DNA from: Eledone cirrhosa
Taxonomy: Eukaryota
Length of the DNA stretch: 64,000 bases
Direction of reading: 5' to 3'
Assembly (NCBI GenBank): GCA_964016885.1
Contig: OZ024743.1
Coordinates: 192,448,001-192,512,000, forward strand
Part shown: piece by piece, positions 40,343 to 53,115 of the stretch
Position numbering within the stretch: position 1 is the first letter of the stretch
Layout of the letters: every line of letters starts with the position of its first letter
Made by a program: the position numbers and the translations under genes
Notes under the pieces: generated by a model
What the model saw: only the letters and a program-made list of their open reading frames with translations
What the model was told of the DNA's origin: nothing
Databases searched by the model: none

Positions 40343-40994
40343 TTTATATATATAAAACTGAGGATGTCTGTGTGTCTGTCTGTGTGTGTGTCTATCTGTG
40401 AGTTTGAATCCCTAAAACTCGAGAAGTACCCAACCGATCTTTTCCAAACTTTACATGTATATTACTTATGTTTCAGGGAGTGTTATGCACATAAAAAATT
40501 CAACTTTTTGATCCCCTAGGGCCCGCATTAGGTGAAAAATTGCGTTTTTTTCAGCTTTTTATGGGTTTTTTGAGGCGTTACGTCAGACCAATTTCCTTGA
40601 AATTGTAACTATACATTAGTCAGTCTCTTCTTCATACCGTGAGCAAAGAAAATCCAACTTTTTTATGGCCTAGGGCCCGCATTAGGTGAAAAACTTCATT
40701 TTTTCACCTTTTTAGGGCTTTTTTGAGGCATTACGTCTAGCCGATTTTCCCAAAATTTCAAGGCATATTATGCACATAAAAAAATTCATTTTCTTGATCC
40801 CCTAGGGCCCGCATTAGGTGAAAACCTGTATTTTTCCTGCTTCATTGAGGAAAATCTTAAAGATTATCCAGCCATCAGAGTATTTGGTTTTTCTTTACAT
40901 ATCTTCCGGGCATGCAGTTTTTCCACGATTAGGTCTGTTGGCGGCCCGCATTCCAAAATACCTTATCCCGTGCAACGCCGGGTACCACTGCTAG
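40343..40994 (+). mobile_element. Non-autonomous Helitron
   Basis: 3' hairpin CCCG(tgcaacgc)CGGG then CTAG|T; 5' tatataaaa with (GTCT)n-like tract; internal repeats of cctagggcccgcattaggtgaaaa. Confidence 0.8.
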
Positions 40995-41466
40995 TATCTT
41001 ATAATTCATGTAAAAACCTTGCATCATAATTTGTAAGAAACTTTAGTAAATTATTCTTCAAATAACAGCTTAATAAATTACTTGAAAATCATATGCAATG
41101 TCTCATTAGAAATATGGTAATGAAAGGATTAATTTAAATTGAAGCTTTGGTTAGATTTAATGTTCTAAATACTTTGACATAAATTACTATGTGGTGCCAT
41201 TTATATTCTTTTTTTTTTTTTAGTTGTTATACATCATTTACATTTATTTATTCAATAATAATATTTGCAGTTATTTGGTTTGCTGGAATTGTTTATTCCC
41301 TGGTTTATCTTGATAAAACAAACCTATGATGAAAGGCATTATAACCCAGCCGTGACCACTCAATCGTTTTTTCCCATGCAAAATGCACTGAAGCCCACAA
41401 ACAAATCCAGGAAAAAGGCCAAACAATAAAAAAGAGTAATTTATTTTAAACAGAACGAGTTAAATA

Positions 41467-43330
41467 TAATTAGTTACAACAGTGTACTGGTACTTAAGTT
41501 TTGTTGGGTTGTTTACCTCAAATCATTCAGTATATCATAAAAAGAAAAATGGTTTCCCACAATGGAGATTTTATAAAAATATAGGTGAGTTCTAAGGGTA
41601 GATAATCCCCATTATCTAGAAACCAACAAATACCTTACATAATGTAAGTGAAAAAAGAGATAACAATAAAAAAAAAGGTTATTAGAGAACACTCCAACCT
41701 TAATCGGTGGGATAATAGTCAAGTAGTCATGGATTAGTTTAATGTCTTCAAACACTCAAAGAATGCTAAGTTTACACAATTTGATATAGTTGACTTTTAT
41801 CTTTCCTTACCCAGGACCTTGGATTTCGCTAGCAATTTCACCATATATATACGAGTTAGTAATATCCCACTGTAGGAAAACCCTCCTCTTTAAAATAGAA
41901 ATCCACTAAAAATTACCTATTCGATGTGGTGATGGGATTATTTGACAGTACTGATATATGTGATTTGGGGGACCTTTTTATCTTAGACACACTACGTAAG
42001 AATTCCTTGACTTCCATATGGGCCTATATCGTGATGATGGTCTGGGACTATCGAGCCATAACCTCAAAACGTTTAGAAAAAAAATCTAATAATTACCTTC
42101 AACAACCTAGACTAAAAATGACCATCTCTACCAACTTCACCAATGTTAACTTCCTAGATGTTAACTTAGACCTATGTCTACGCACATACATACCATTCCC
42201 CCACAAACCCAGTGAAAAACTTAGGTATATTCATAAGGACTCTAGTCCTCCCACCACCAACATAGTTTTTATAAATCTCATTAATAACATCAGCAAGAGG
42301 GTATCTAGCAAAGCCATCTTTGACAGGGCAGCCCCCAACAACAACAACTCAGCCCCAGCATTAGTGGCTTCTTCGAGAGAATCTCTTACTCTCCAGATCA
42401 CTGCCCTATAACTAGCAAGAAAAAATCTAGGCATAAAGCCATAATGTGGTTCACACCACCATTCGTGCTCAATATGAAGACAATGTAGGTAGAAAATACC
42501 TAGCCTTCTTAGGTTTTCGCTTCCCTGTAGCCTACAAATACCAGCAAATATTTAACTGCTACACAATGAAAATAGGTTACTCATGTACCAAAAATATGAA
42601 ATCCCACATCACCAACAAACACAAAAGTCTTCCACCTTACGGATGCTCATGCAGAAGGCCAGAGGCATACTCCCTGGATCAACAGTGCACACCCCTCCTG
42701 TGGTGATACATTAAGCAGAAGTTACCTCCACCAACCAGAACCACTAAACTGAAGCCTGGACTTCTGTAGGAATGTTTGAGAGCCGGTTCAAAAGCCATTT
42801 CCTGAACCACGAAACAACGTTCTGACCACTCAGCTTGCGAACCATATATGGAACCTCAAAGATAACAGCACAGTATTTTCCATTAAATAAAGGATACTGG
42901 AAAGATCCACTCCTACGTCAATGGGATGGCATGTTGGTAGCTGTGTAACTCGAAGAAGTGGAATATACTCTCACAACAGACTTCAGGCAAACATTGCTTA
43001 AATATACGCTTCCCCTGCTTCAATTGCTGTCATCCTTAAGCAAAATTTATTCTGAATAAATGGTCTAAAACAGATTAATTGAATTTATTTTTTTGAATTT
43101 TCAATTCAACCCCTGGGCTCGCTGTGAAACAGTTGCCTACCAAGGATTTTTTTTAATAGTTACCTTCCTTTTCACTTACATTATATAAGGTGTATTTGTG
43201 TATTTATAGATAATTTCGGGTTTACCTACACTTAGAACTCTTCTATACTTTCTAAAATCTCCACGTTGGGAAGCCAAACAACCCAACGAAACCTAAGTAC
43301 TTGTACATGTTGTAACTAACTAATTTTATA
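41467..43330 (+). mobile_element. Decayed, 5'-truncated Penelope-like element (RT + GIY-YIG) with inverted pseudo-LTR termini
   Basis: Frameshifted motifs QFDIVDFY (41777), FDVVMG..D..DICDL, GLYRDDGL (42021), VNFLDVNLDL, WFTPPF..NVGRKYL, HIWNLKD. About 41467-41665 is a diverged reverse complement of about 43160-43330. Confidence 0.85.
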
Positions 43331-43339
43331 TATATATAT

Positions 43340-44698
43340 CATCATCATCATCTTCGTTTAACGTCCATCTTCCACGCTAGCATGGGTTAGACGGGAGTTG
43401 TCCCACTTGAGGCAAGGTTGGTCGGGTGACCATGTCTCGCTCATATAGGACTATCTGGCAGGTTTTCTACGGCTGGATGCCCTTCCTAACACCAACCACA
43501 TTTACGGTGTGGAACTGGGAACTTTTTACTGTGTTACCTACACGGCCACATTACAGCGTGGACTGTGTGTTTTTTTGTTGTGACACCTACACGATCTTGA
43601 TCTCATTATCTCATTTATTTGGACTGGATGTTGTGGTACCAACTTTACAGAGACAGGGTGGTGTTGGTGGGAGTGGGAGGATAGGGTAGGGATAGTGGAT
43701 TGCGGTATATATTTGGTTAAGAGGTGCCTACTGACTGTAGGTTTTGCTTTGTACATAGGCAAAGCGGGTCTTCTGTATTACTGCGTAGCGCCAAAGATCT
43801 CGGTCCAGTGACATTGTCTTAGAGGTGCAAGTGTGTAAGGTCGAAATTTATCAGATCGTCCCAGGTTTTTCTGGGTCTACCTACTCCGTAACTACCATCA
43901 ATTTTGATCGCCCTGCACTTTTTTATACAGCTATCGTCTTTCATGCGCATCACGTGGCCATACCAACGTAGTCTTCTCTCCAAAGTAAACAGCATCTGAT
44001 CCCTTTATTCATAATTTCTCATTTAGTTCATTTATGCTTTGCCGTTCACGTATATTACTATTACACATCCAACGGAGCATGCATGCTTTGTTCCTTTCCA
44101 GTCTGCGCAGGTCCTCTGCACGTAATGCCCATTTGTATACAGGCATCATACAATCTGCCTTTCATTTTTAGAGAGAAACCTTTTGTGGCCAACAGCAGTA
44201 TAAGCTCTCCGAAACTTTTCCATCCCGTTCTGACTCTGGCTACTGAACTTTCAGAACACCCTCCACCACTGCTGATTTCGTCACCCAGGTAACGGAAAGT
44301 GTCCACTATTTCTATAGAACCATCTGGGCAATAGGAGCTAGTATCCTGTGGACACTTGCTACTGAGCATCGGCCACATATAAAGTCTACGTTCTTAGATA
44401 GTTTACCTGTGATCCCACTACATCTTTTATGCACCCATACTTTGCATTTGGGACATAAAATGGAATTTCTGCCTACACACTGAGCATGGCCATTTCCCTG
44501 AGGGCACCTGTGCCCTATTTTCCTTTCTACAAACTAGAACTTTAGTCTTAGACAAGTTAACTTTAAGGCCTTTTGATTCTAGGCCATGCTTCCATGTTTG
44601 GAATTTCTTCTCTAGTTCAGCCATTGATTCAGCTATGAGCGTTAGATCATCTGTATATAGGAGTTCCCATGGGCAGCCGGTCTTGAACTCTTCTGTTA
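43340..44698 (-). mobile_element. RTE LINE 3' half, minus strand
   Basis: WELLYTDDL, KVNLSKTK, VDTFRYLG, KGRLYDAC, RLRWYGHVMRM, followed by the 3' UTR and (GAT)n tail. Confidence 0.9.
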
Positions 44699-45590
44699 TA
44701 TATATATATATATACATATAGTAATAATATGGTGAGATGCCCGTTTCATGATTCGTACATATGCATGTGTGTGTGTATGAATGTTTGACGTAAGCTAAGC
44801 AAGATAAATATCTGAATCACTCATAAGTGACCTGACAGGAGAAACATATGAACATGACAGCCATTTGATGTGTCTGACTAGCCGCAGAATGTGACTACCT
44901 ATCTAATCCATGCACGCAGGGAAAAATAAATTCAAAATGGTGACACTGATGATGATGATGATATCATCATCATCATCATCATCATCAGGTTTAGCGTCCG
45001 TGTTCCACGCTTGCATGGGTTTGGACGGGGGTTTTCCCACTTGAGGCAAGAGTGGTTGTCTTGCTCGCATAGGACTGTCTGGCGGGTTTTCTACAGTTGG
45101 ATGCCCTTCCTAACACCAACCACATTTACAGTGTGGGGCTGGGAGGTTTTTACCGTGTTGCCTACACGGCCACATTACAGCGTGGACTGTCTGGCGGGTT
45201 TTCTACAGCTGGATGCCCTTCCTAACACCAACCACATTTACAGTGTGGGGCTGGGAGGTTTTTACCGTGTTGCCTACACGGCCACATTTACAGCGTGGAC
45301 TGTGTGTTTTTTTTTGTGATATATATATATATATATTTCTGTTTCTGGCAGGTTTTCTATGGCTGGATGCCCTTCCTAACATCAACCACATTTACAGTGT
45401 GAACTGGGAGCCTTTTTACCATATCTCCTACACGACCACTTTACATATATATATCCATATATATGTAGGAGGTGAGTTTTATTGTAGTACAATAAAGCAA
45501 TGCAGATATCGGATAAGCAGCACTCTACAGTTTGTAGGACTGGAGTATAAATAATATATAAGATCAAAAGATGGTTAAAAGAGTTCCATG

Positions 45591-45661
45591 TATTTTATTA
45601 TGCGCATTTCAAAAACAAATATCATCACGCAATGACATTTGCGTTTTCGTCAGATAAAATA
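45591..45661 (-). ncRNA. Type I hammerhead, minus arm of the fold-back
   Basis: Reverse complement of 45733-45803 (one change in distal stem II). Confidence 0.8.
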
Positions 45662-45732
45662 GGGAGACATGATATGAAGGTTAAAAAACACTTGTGAATA
45701 GTGCAGTTTTAAATCAACATATCATGTCTCCC

Positions 45733-45803
45733 TATTTTATCTGACGAAAACGCAAATGTCATCGCGTGATGATATTTGTTTTTGAAATGCGCATAATAAA
45801 ATA
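45733..45803 (+). ncRNA. Type I hammerhead, canonical core
   Basis: TATTTTAT-CTGACGA-[AAACGCAAATGTCATC gcgt GATGATATTTGTTTTT]-GAA-ATGCGCAT-A-ATAAAATA; 8-bp stem I; AUA site. Confidence 0.85.
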
Positions 45804-46204
45804 CATGGAACTCTTTTAACCATCTTTTGATCTTATATATTATATCCATATATATATATATATATTTATTTATCCCTCTATCTCTCCCTCTCCCTCTCAC
45901 TCTCTTTCTCTCTCTCCATCCCTCCCACTATAAACAATTTAATTCTCTTTAACTCACTACACTCTAAATCTACATATGTCTACATATATCAAAACTGATC
46001 AAAGATTCCTTCCACATCTACCCCTCCCTCCATATCAGTTTGTCACCTACTTCCTAATTCTTCTCCCCCTTCCTCTCTCTCTCTATACTACTCCCTTTGT
46101 CCCTCCACTTTCTAATTCTTCTTCCTCTCTCTCTATACTAGCAAATACAATTCCAAAAAATGTTTTTCTATATATTAAGAACTTGTTAAGAGTAACTTAT
46201 TCAC

Positions 46205-46305
46205 TATTTTGAAAATTTGGACGCGTTCAACAATTATTATTGAGTGGCTGCTATTTGCAGTATAGCAATATAAGGTTGCACTTACCAATGAAACGGTCGT
46301 AAATA
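46205..46305 (+). ncRNA. Type I hammerhead, U3-A8 variant with expanded stem II
   Basis: TATT-TTGAAAA-T-TTGG...(64 nt)...CCAA-T-GAA-ACGGTCGT-A-AATA. Stems are short, so chance is not excluded. Confidence 0.55.
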
Positions 46306-47040
46306 CCTGGATAAAATCCTTTTTTTAATGCTTACCTGTGTTTTCTCTTTTATCCTTTACACTCCAAGATTGAACGTGATTCTTACAAACTTGTGGAGTT
46401 ACCCCTAACCATACGTTGAAACCATCCATGAAACTGGCTTTCTTAACCACGAACTGGATTACAATAAGCAATTTTCTGCTTCCCTAACTATATAGATCGC
46501 AGATATAAAAGACAGCGAGAAGCGAAAACCAACCAAACAGTGAGTGTGTTCTGTTATTAATTCTGGCAATATTACACAAATATGACCCTCCCCAAGTATA
46601 ACAATATATATATATATATATAACATCATTATCATCACCGTTTTACGTCCGTTCTTCTACACTAGCATGGGTTAAACGGGTTGTCCTGTTGTGGGCAGTG
46701 TCCCGTCCACTGACCTTGTCTTGCACATACGGGAACTGATTCTGGTTTGATTTCTACAGCTGGATGCCCTTCCGAACACCAACCTCATTTACAGTGAGTG
46801 CTGGATGCTTTTTTTTCGTGGCGCCTACACATCCACTTTACAGTGTGGGCTGCGCGTTTTTTTGCCGTGGCACCTCCACAACCACTTTGCAGTGGGAGGG
46901 GGTGGGCGCATATTGTCTGTATGCTTCAGCTTCAGTTTGTACCCGTGGAAAGTCGGGTCTTCTGTATGACACCAGAGGTCACGGTTGTGTGTCATCACCC
47001 TTGAGAGGTGCAATTGGGTAAGGTCGGCTTTTATATATAG

Positions 47041-47095
<55 letters not shown>

Positions 47096-49819
47096 CATAT
47101 GTATATATATACATATATATATACATACATATATATATATATATATACTTTTCCATGTTGTCATGGGCGGACTAAATATTTGGAGGCAATGTTTTGCAGT
47201 TAGATACTCCACTTGCCATCAACCCTTTTAGTCACTTCTTACAACATGCAGGGATACAGGATACTATTTTAAACCATCCCTGGTTTTATGATACAAAACC
47301 ATATATTTTAAAGTGTTTATATTTATCCTTTAAGCTTTCCGTGGTATGGTATGTTATGGTCCTGTAACTCCTGATTGAGTTGTCGGGGCACCATAATAAC
47401 ATACAGCAATACTTGGACATTTTAAACTTGGTGACGCCCATCCCTCTCCAGGTCTGAACACAACAGATTTCCTCCAGGAAAGAATAAAAGGTGAGAGAAG
47501 GAGTGAGAAAGAGATATAGAGGAAGACTCAAACCCAGTAGTAGATTGGTACTTTTTTTTATTGACCTCAAAAAGATGAAAGGCAAAGTTGACCTCAGCAG
47601 GATTTGAGAACAGAGAGCTGGCATGAATACCACAAAGCACTCTATCCAACATTCTAACAACTTTAAACAAAAATATATTTGTATTCCTTTACATTCTTGG
47701 CTTCAGTAATTAGACTATGAACAGGATAGGGCTCCACCTTCTAGAGCAGAGTTTTCCATATAAGTGACACACTTTTAAAAATATCTTTTGTGACTCATCA
47801 AATTTTGTTAGTAACACAAAATATTTCAAAATTACGATTAAATAGCATATATGTCATAAATCTAACATATATATCTAGCATATATGTCATAAATCATAAA
47901 TCTAAAGGTATTATACAAAGTTATTAAATCTCAAATATACATCACATTCAAATAAATAACTACAAAGATTGATCAGGTTTAAGTTAACCCATTTGATACC
48001 AAACTGCCTGAAACCATCTATAGATCTATGACACAAAGTCATTTATTTAAAGTATTTATATTTATCTAAAAACCTACAAAAAAACCTACAAGCAAAAGTG
48101 TCCACATTTTACATAGTTGTAAAAAATCAGCAGCATATAATTATTGAGATTAAATTTGTAAAAAAAACTACAAACATGTTTTTAATAAGCACATATTTAG
48201 CCTCACTATGAAAATAGACCCCAACATTAAACTACAAGACTTTCAGTAACCAGGATGACTAGTTATAATTTTTCTTAAGCCTCATCAAGGCTCACTTACT
48301 TTTTTGCAGCTGGTACAATAAAAAAGAAACAAAAAAAAAACAACCAAGTCAACTCTGTAAAGTGGTGGCACTGGTGCCATGGTAAAAAGCAGCCAATCTA
48401 CCCAGTCAAGAGGTAGTAGCAGTGCCACAATAAAATGTACCTGTACACACCCTGAAGTAATTGACATTAGGAAAGTCATCCTGCAGTAGAAGCTATGCCA
48501 GAATGAAATGTAAGAGTGAAACATAGTCATCTGTCTAGCCTCAAAACATGGAACATAGACGTAAAAGGGTGATAACAATTCATTAGAGTCGACTTTTGAT
48601 AACAAACTGCCTGAAACTAACTATTGCTCTACAATATGAATCCATTTATTTTAAAGTGTTTATATTCATTGAAAAACCTTCCATAATAATTCTATATAAG
48701 AACCTTTGTTAAATTATGCTCCAAACACCAAGATCCCTCCAAAATATTAATTATGTTCAAAATTATTTGAAAATCATAGGCAGTGTCTTTCATTAGAAAT
48801 AAGGTAATGAAAGGGTTAATTTCCCTAGCACACTAAAGTGTTGTGACACAATCTGGAAATCTGTTTTAAGATATACTTGATTACAACAAATCCAGTATTT
48901 CATTCTACCACTTCTGTTATTTATGTACCATATGTGTTTGTGTGTTTTTCCAGATACATACATACATGTTGGCTGCCAACTCGTTTTCGAGTACAGCCAC
49001 TACTTTATATCCATGTAGGAGAACCCCTACCTATGTGCTGAACAAGTGTGACTTTTTAGTCCAGCCAGCGACTTGAAAACTCTGGTACAAACACTACACT
49101 TGCGACAATTATTGACACATAGTGCTGGGCCCATGGTACCATGTGACGACAAGTGCAGAGAGATCTCCAGATATAAAGCAATGCCTGTGCCGTGAAGCTT
49201 TTATAGTGAGCAAAGGCACTCCACAAAGCCAGTCCCACTCTCTTAACCAAGATGATATTTACCAAAAAGAAGAACAAGTCAACATCATTGGATACCATCA
49301 GGGTTGCAGGTGTTATATCAGAGTTTTCCTTCTCCTAGAATTCTGCCTTGACAAAGGCTAAGGGGTCATCTCTCCCGGCGATTTTGGATGGCCATTGACT
49401 CTTAAGAGCTCCTTTGACAGGTTTTGTTTTTAGTCCCGTAGGATGTCCAAAGTCACCCTCCTCACCAAGAAACCTTGGTGGGGTTGCCAGTTTAGTCGCC
49501 AATGACCCGACCATGAGACAGGTTGTACATACATATACATACATACATACATACATACATACATACGTGTGTGTGTGTGTGTGTAATACATATTATATAA
49601 ACATATGAGTATGCATATATCAGAGTTCCCATCTATCAAATACACTCACAAGCCATTGGTTGGCCCAAGCCTACAGCAGAAGACACTTGCCCAAGGTGTC
49701 ACAGAGTTTGACCAAACTCAGTACTATATGCTTGAGATGTGAACATCTAAACCATGCAGTTATGATGACTGTATATGTATATATATATATATATATATAA
49801 ATATATACATATATGTGCC

Positions 49820-50510
49820 CTGGAGCCCAGCCCACAATAGTGGTCATGTTGGTGTCATGACAAAAGTGAGTGCCCAGTCCACACTGTAAAGTGGTTGTGT
49901 AGGTGTCACGACAAAAAACACCCAGTCCACGCTGTAAAGTGGTCAAGTAGGTGACACGGCAAAAAGCACCCAGTAAACACTGTAAATGTGGTTGGTGTTA
50001 GGAAGGGCATCTAGCCATAGAAACCAAGTCAAATCAATTCTGTGTGAGCAAATCACAGTCCCCTGACCTGATCCCTCATAAAGAGACAGCCAGTCCTACC
50101 CATGCTAGTGTGAAAGATGGACGTTAAACAATGATCATCATCACAGTTTTACATCTATTTTCCATGCTTACAATAGTAAGCATGCACACAGATATAGACA
50201 CACCCACACACACATCATCATCACCGTTTTTTTCCACGCTAGTATGGGTTAGACAAATTATTCTGTTGTGAGACAGGCCTGGTCAGATGACCGTATCTTG
50301 GTCTGATTCTGGCTTGGTTTCAACAGCTGGATGCCCTTCCTAATGCCAACCACATTTACATTGTGTACTGCGTGTTTTTTGTCATGACACCTACACAACC
50401 ACTTTATCAGTGTAGGCTGGGTGCTTTTTGTTATGACACCTACACGACCACTTTACAGTGTGGGCTGGGCGTTTTTTGTTGTGGCACCAAAATAACCACT
50501 TTACAGTATG
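49820..50510. repeat. Two oppositely oriented RTE-3'UTR-derived repeats with internal ~41-bp minisatellite arrays
   Basis: Unit ccactttacagtgtgggctgggtgctttttgtcgtgacacctacacga next to ggatgcccttcctaa; also at about 6585-6700, 8950-9130, 35395-35510, 46790-46895. Confidence 0.8.
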
Positions 50511-52223
50511 AACTGGGGGCTGGGGTGAAACATACATAACTGGTTGATAATCAATAAAAACATTAATGTGAAACTTCATCTTGTTATACTTCATCTATAT
50601 ATACCAATATATATGTATATATAAATATATATATGCTGGTATATATATATACTGTGAAGACACAGCCTAGTGGTTAGAGTGTTGGACTCATAAGGATAAG
50701 CTTGTGAGTTTGGATCCTGGACTGGGCACCATGTTGTGTTCTTATAAAATGCTTTAGTTCACATTGCTTTTCATAGTAGGACTGGAGGTCTGATTATTAA
50801 AACACCCAAGAAACCTCCTATAAGATGCAACCTCGTAAGAGACCAGCTAAACCTGCATAGGTGTAAATTGTAATTTTCCATTTTTTTTTCATGTATGTAT
50901 TAAAATGTGCATATGTCAATATATATTTATATATATATATATAAATGCATGTATGCATCTATGTGTTTAGAGAAGCAAATTTCTGTTTGTTGGTAAACAT
51001 GAAATTTTCAATCACCAATTCTTTAATAAAGAAGCAGATAGATAAAATTATTCAAGTTCACAATAGTTATTAATATGAGAAGTCAGAATGGATTAAAAAA
51101 GAAAACATGAGAACAAAAGAAAGAAAAGCAGAGTGAGGGATGGAGAAGAAGAAAGACAGAAAGAAAGAAGGAAAAAGAGACCAATAACAATAACTCACCT
51201 TAGAGGAATCAACATCCAGGTAAAGCTGTTCTCCAGGCTTGAAAACAATCCAACACGTCTGTCTGGAAAGACAAGATGTAGTACTTTAGAATAGAATATC
51301 ATAAGGTGTGTGTGTGTATAGATATATGTGAGTGTGTTATGTTAAAAACATCATGAATGAAGAGTTCAATGAGAGGACCCAGCTGAGTCATCTACGAGAT
51401 GCCATCATCATAAAGCCGTGGAGAATGTTCGGTCATGTATTATACATGCCCATGAAGAGAAAAGCCAGAAGTGAGAGGGGCATAGGAAGCCAAGCAAACC
51501 TGTCAAGAACTGGAAGCAGGCTCATGGCATAGCTTCTGACTAAGCTGGATGGAGATCTCTCATCGTTCAATGCTCCACATAAAGCAGGAGAAACTAACAA
51601 CTAACTAAAAACAGGAATGTGTACAAATTTGATCTTTTTTATTAAAGAATTTTCAAATCTCCTTGTTAGTTCTTTGGTTTCAATCCATAGTTTTTATATC
51701 CATAAGTCTATTGACATTTTAAGACCTTAACAGCCCTCAACTTCAGAATAAGAATGATTGTAGTATTAGCATGTTGAACTCCATCCAGGTAGGTCAAAAG
51801 CCCTCCCACTTTTAACTTTTCTTTTCATGGGCAAGCATAGCAAACCAATAAGGAGGTACAAAAAGTCCTTAATAAAAATGACGAAATTTATTTAAATATA
51901 GCTGCTCATTTAATATAACATGTTTGAAAAAAAAAGTTGTTACCAATTTATACAATGTATATATAAATATATATATTGTTATACTTGGGGAGGATCATAT
52001 TGTTGTAATAATATTGCCAGAAATAATTGTTTCTACTTTAGGGACAAGGCCAGCAATATTGCCAGAAATAATAACAGAACACACTCACCGTTTGGCTGGT
52101 TTCCGCTTCTGTATCTTTTATATCTCCACAGTTAATTCATTCGGTCCTCAATGTTTACCATTGACTGACCAACGGTCAAAAATACCGATATAATATAGAT
52201 ATCATAAATACATATATATAGTC

Positions 52224-52267
52224 TAACAAAGTTCTTTCGTTGCACATCTGCAACATCATCAGTGGTA
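52224..52267 (-). ncRNA. Minimal hammerhead, slightly decayed
   Basis: Minus strand TACCA-CTGATGA-T-GTTGCA(gatg)TGCAAC-GAA-AGAACT-T-TGTTA; one mismatch in stem I and an imperfect stem III palindrome. Confidence 0.6.
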
Positions 52268-52920
52268 CTATTATGTTCCTTCTGTTGTATTGTATATCTA
52301 CGCCATTTTTATTTTATCTGTTTATTTATTTATTTATTTTTGTCTTCTTCTCTGCCATATGTGTTTGTGTATAGTGTTTGGCGTGTGTTCGCATTTGGGT
52401 GACTGTGTTTTGGTTATTGTATTCTATTTTAGTTTACTAGTGTGTGTTTATATGTGTTTGTTGTTATTGTGCTTGAGTATATATTTATTTATTTATTTAT
52501 CATCATCATCATCATTATCGTTTAACGTCCATCTTCCATGCTTGCATGGGTTTGGATAAGATATTTCTCTTAAGTCAATATTGTTTGTTTGGGTGTTGTT
52601 ATTCCATTCATTTTTTTCTGTTTAGCTTTGGCCTTCTAAGTTCTATTTCACTTGCCTCTCTGATTTGCCGTCATTCGGTGGATTGGCAGTATCGGTAGAC
52701 GGTCGGACGCCATGCTTTGATGCATAGAGTTACGGCCCTTGCCATTCTGAGTTCAAATCCCGCTGAGGTTAACTTTGCCTTTCATCCTTACGGGGTCGAT
52801 AAAATAAAGTACCAGTAATGCACTGGGTAATTGCTGGCCTTGTGCCAAAAGTAGAAACAATTATATATATATATATATAGATATATAGATAGATAGATAG
52901 AAAGATATATAGATATAGAA

Positions 52921-53115
52921 GAAATAGAAGCTTTTGACATATTTTTGACTAAAGAAATTTTAGCCTAATAGTGGCGTTTAAAACCCTCTAAAAATGGAAA
53001 AGAATGAGTATTAACATATGTCAATACTCATCCTTTTCCATTTTTTAGAGGGTTTTAAACCCCACTATTGGGCTAAAATTTCTTTAGTCAAAAATATGGC
53101 AAAAGCTTCTATTTC
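52921..53115. repeat. Imperfect 195-bp palindrome centred on catatg (53015-53020)
   Basis: About 97-bp arms with a handful of mismatches, next to a (TA)/(TAGA) tract. Confidence 0.9.

Larger units (their letters stand above)
45551..45843. repeat. Fold-back inverted repeat (about 126-bp arms, 41-bp spacer)
   Basis: 45551-45676 is the reverse complement of 45718-45843 with one substitution seen. Confidence 0.95.

Noticed and set aside
49300-49530. HDV-like ribozyme in a GC-richer segment resembling an RTE 5' UTR (minus strand)
   Set aside because: I could not construct the nested double pseudoknot by eye; it needs a descriptor search.
49820-49990. CRISPR-like regularly spaced repeats
   Set aside because: The units are contiguous with no unique spacers, the context is eukaryotic, and there are no cas genes; this is a minisatellite within a retroposon tail.
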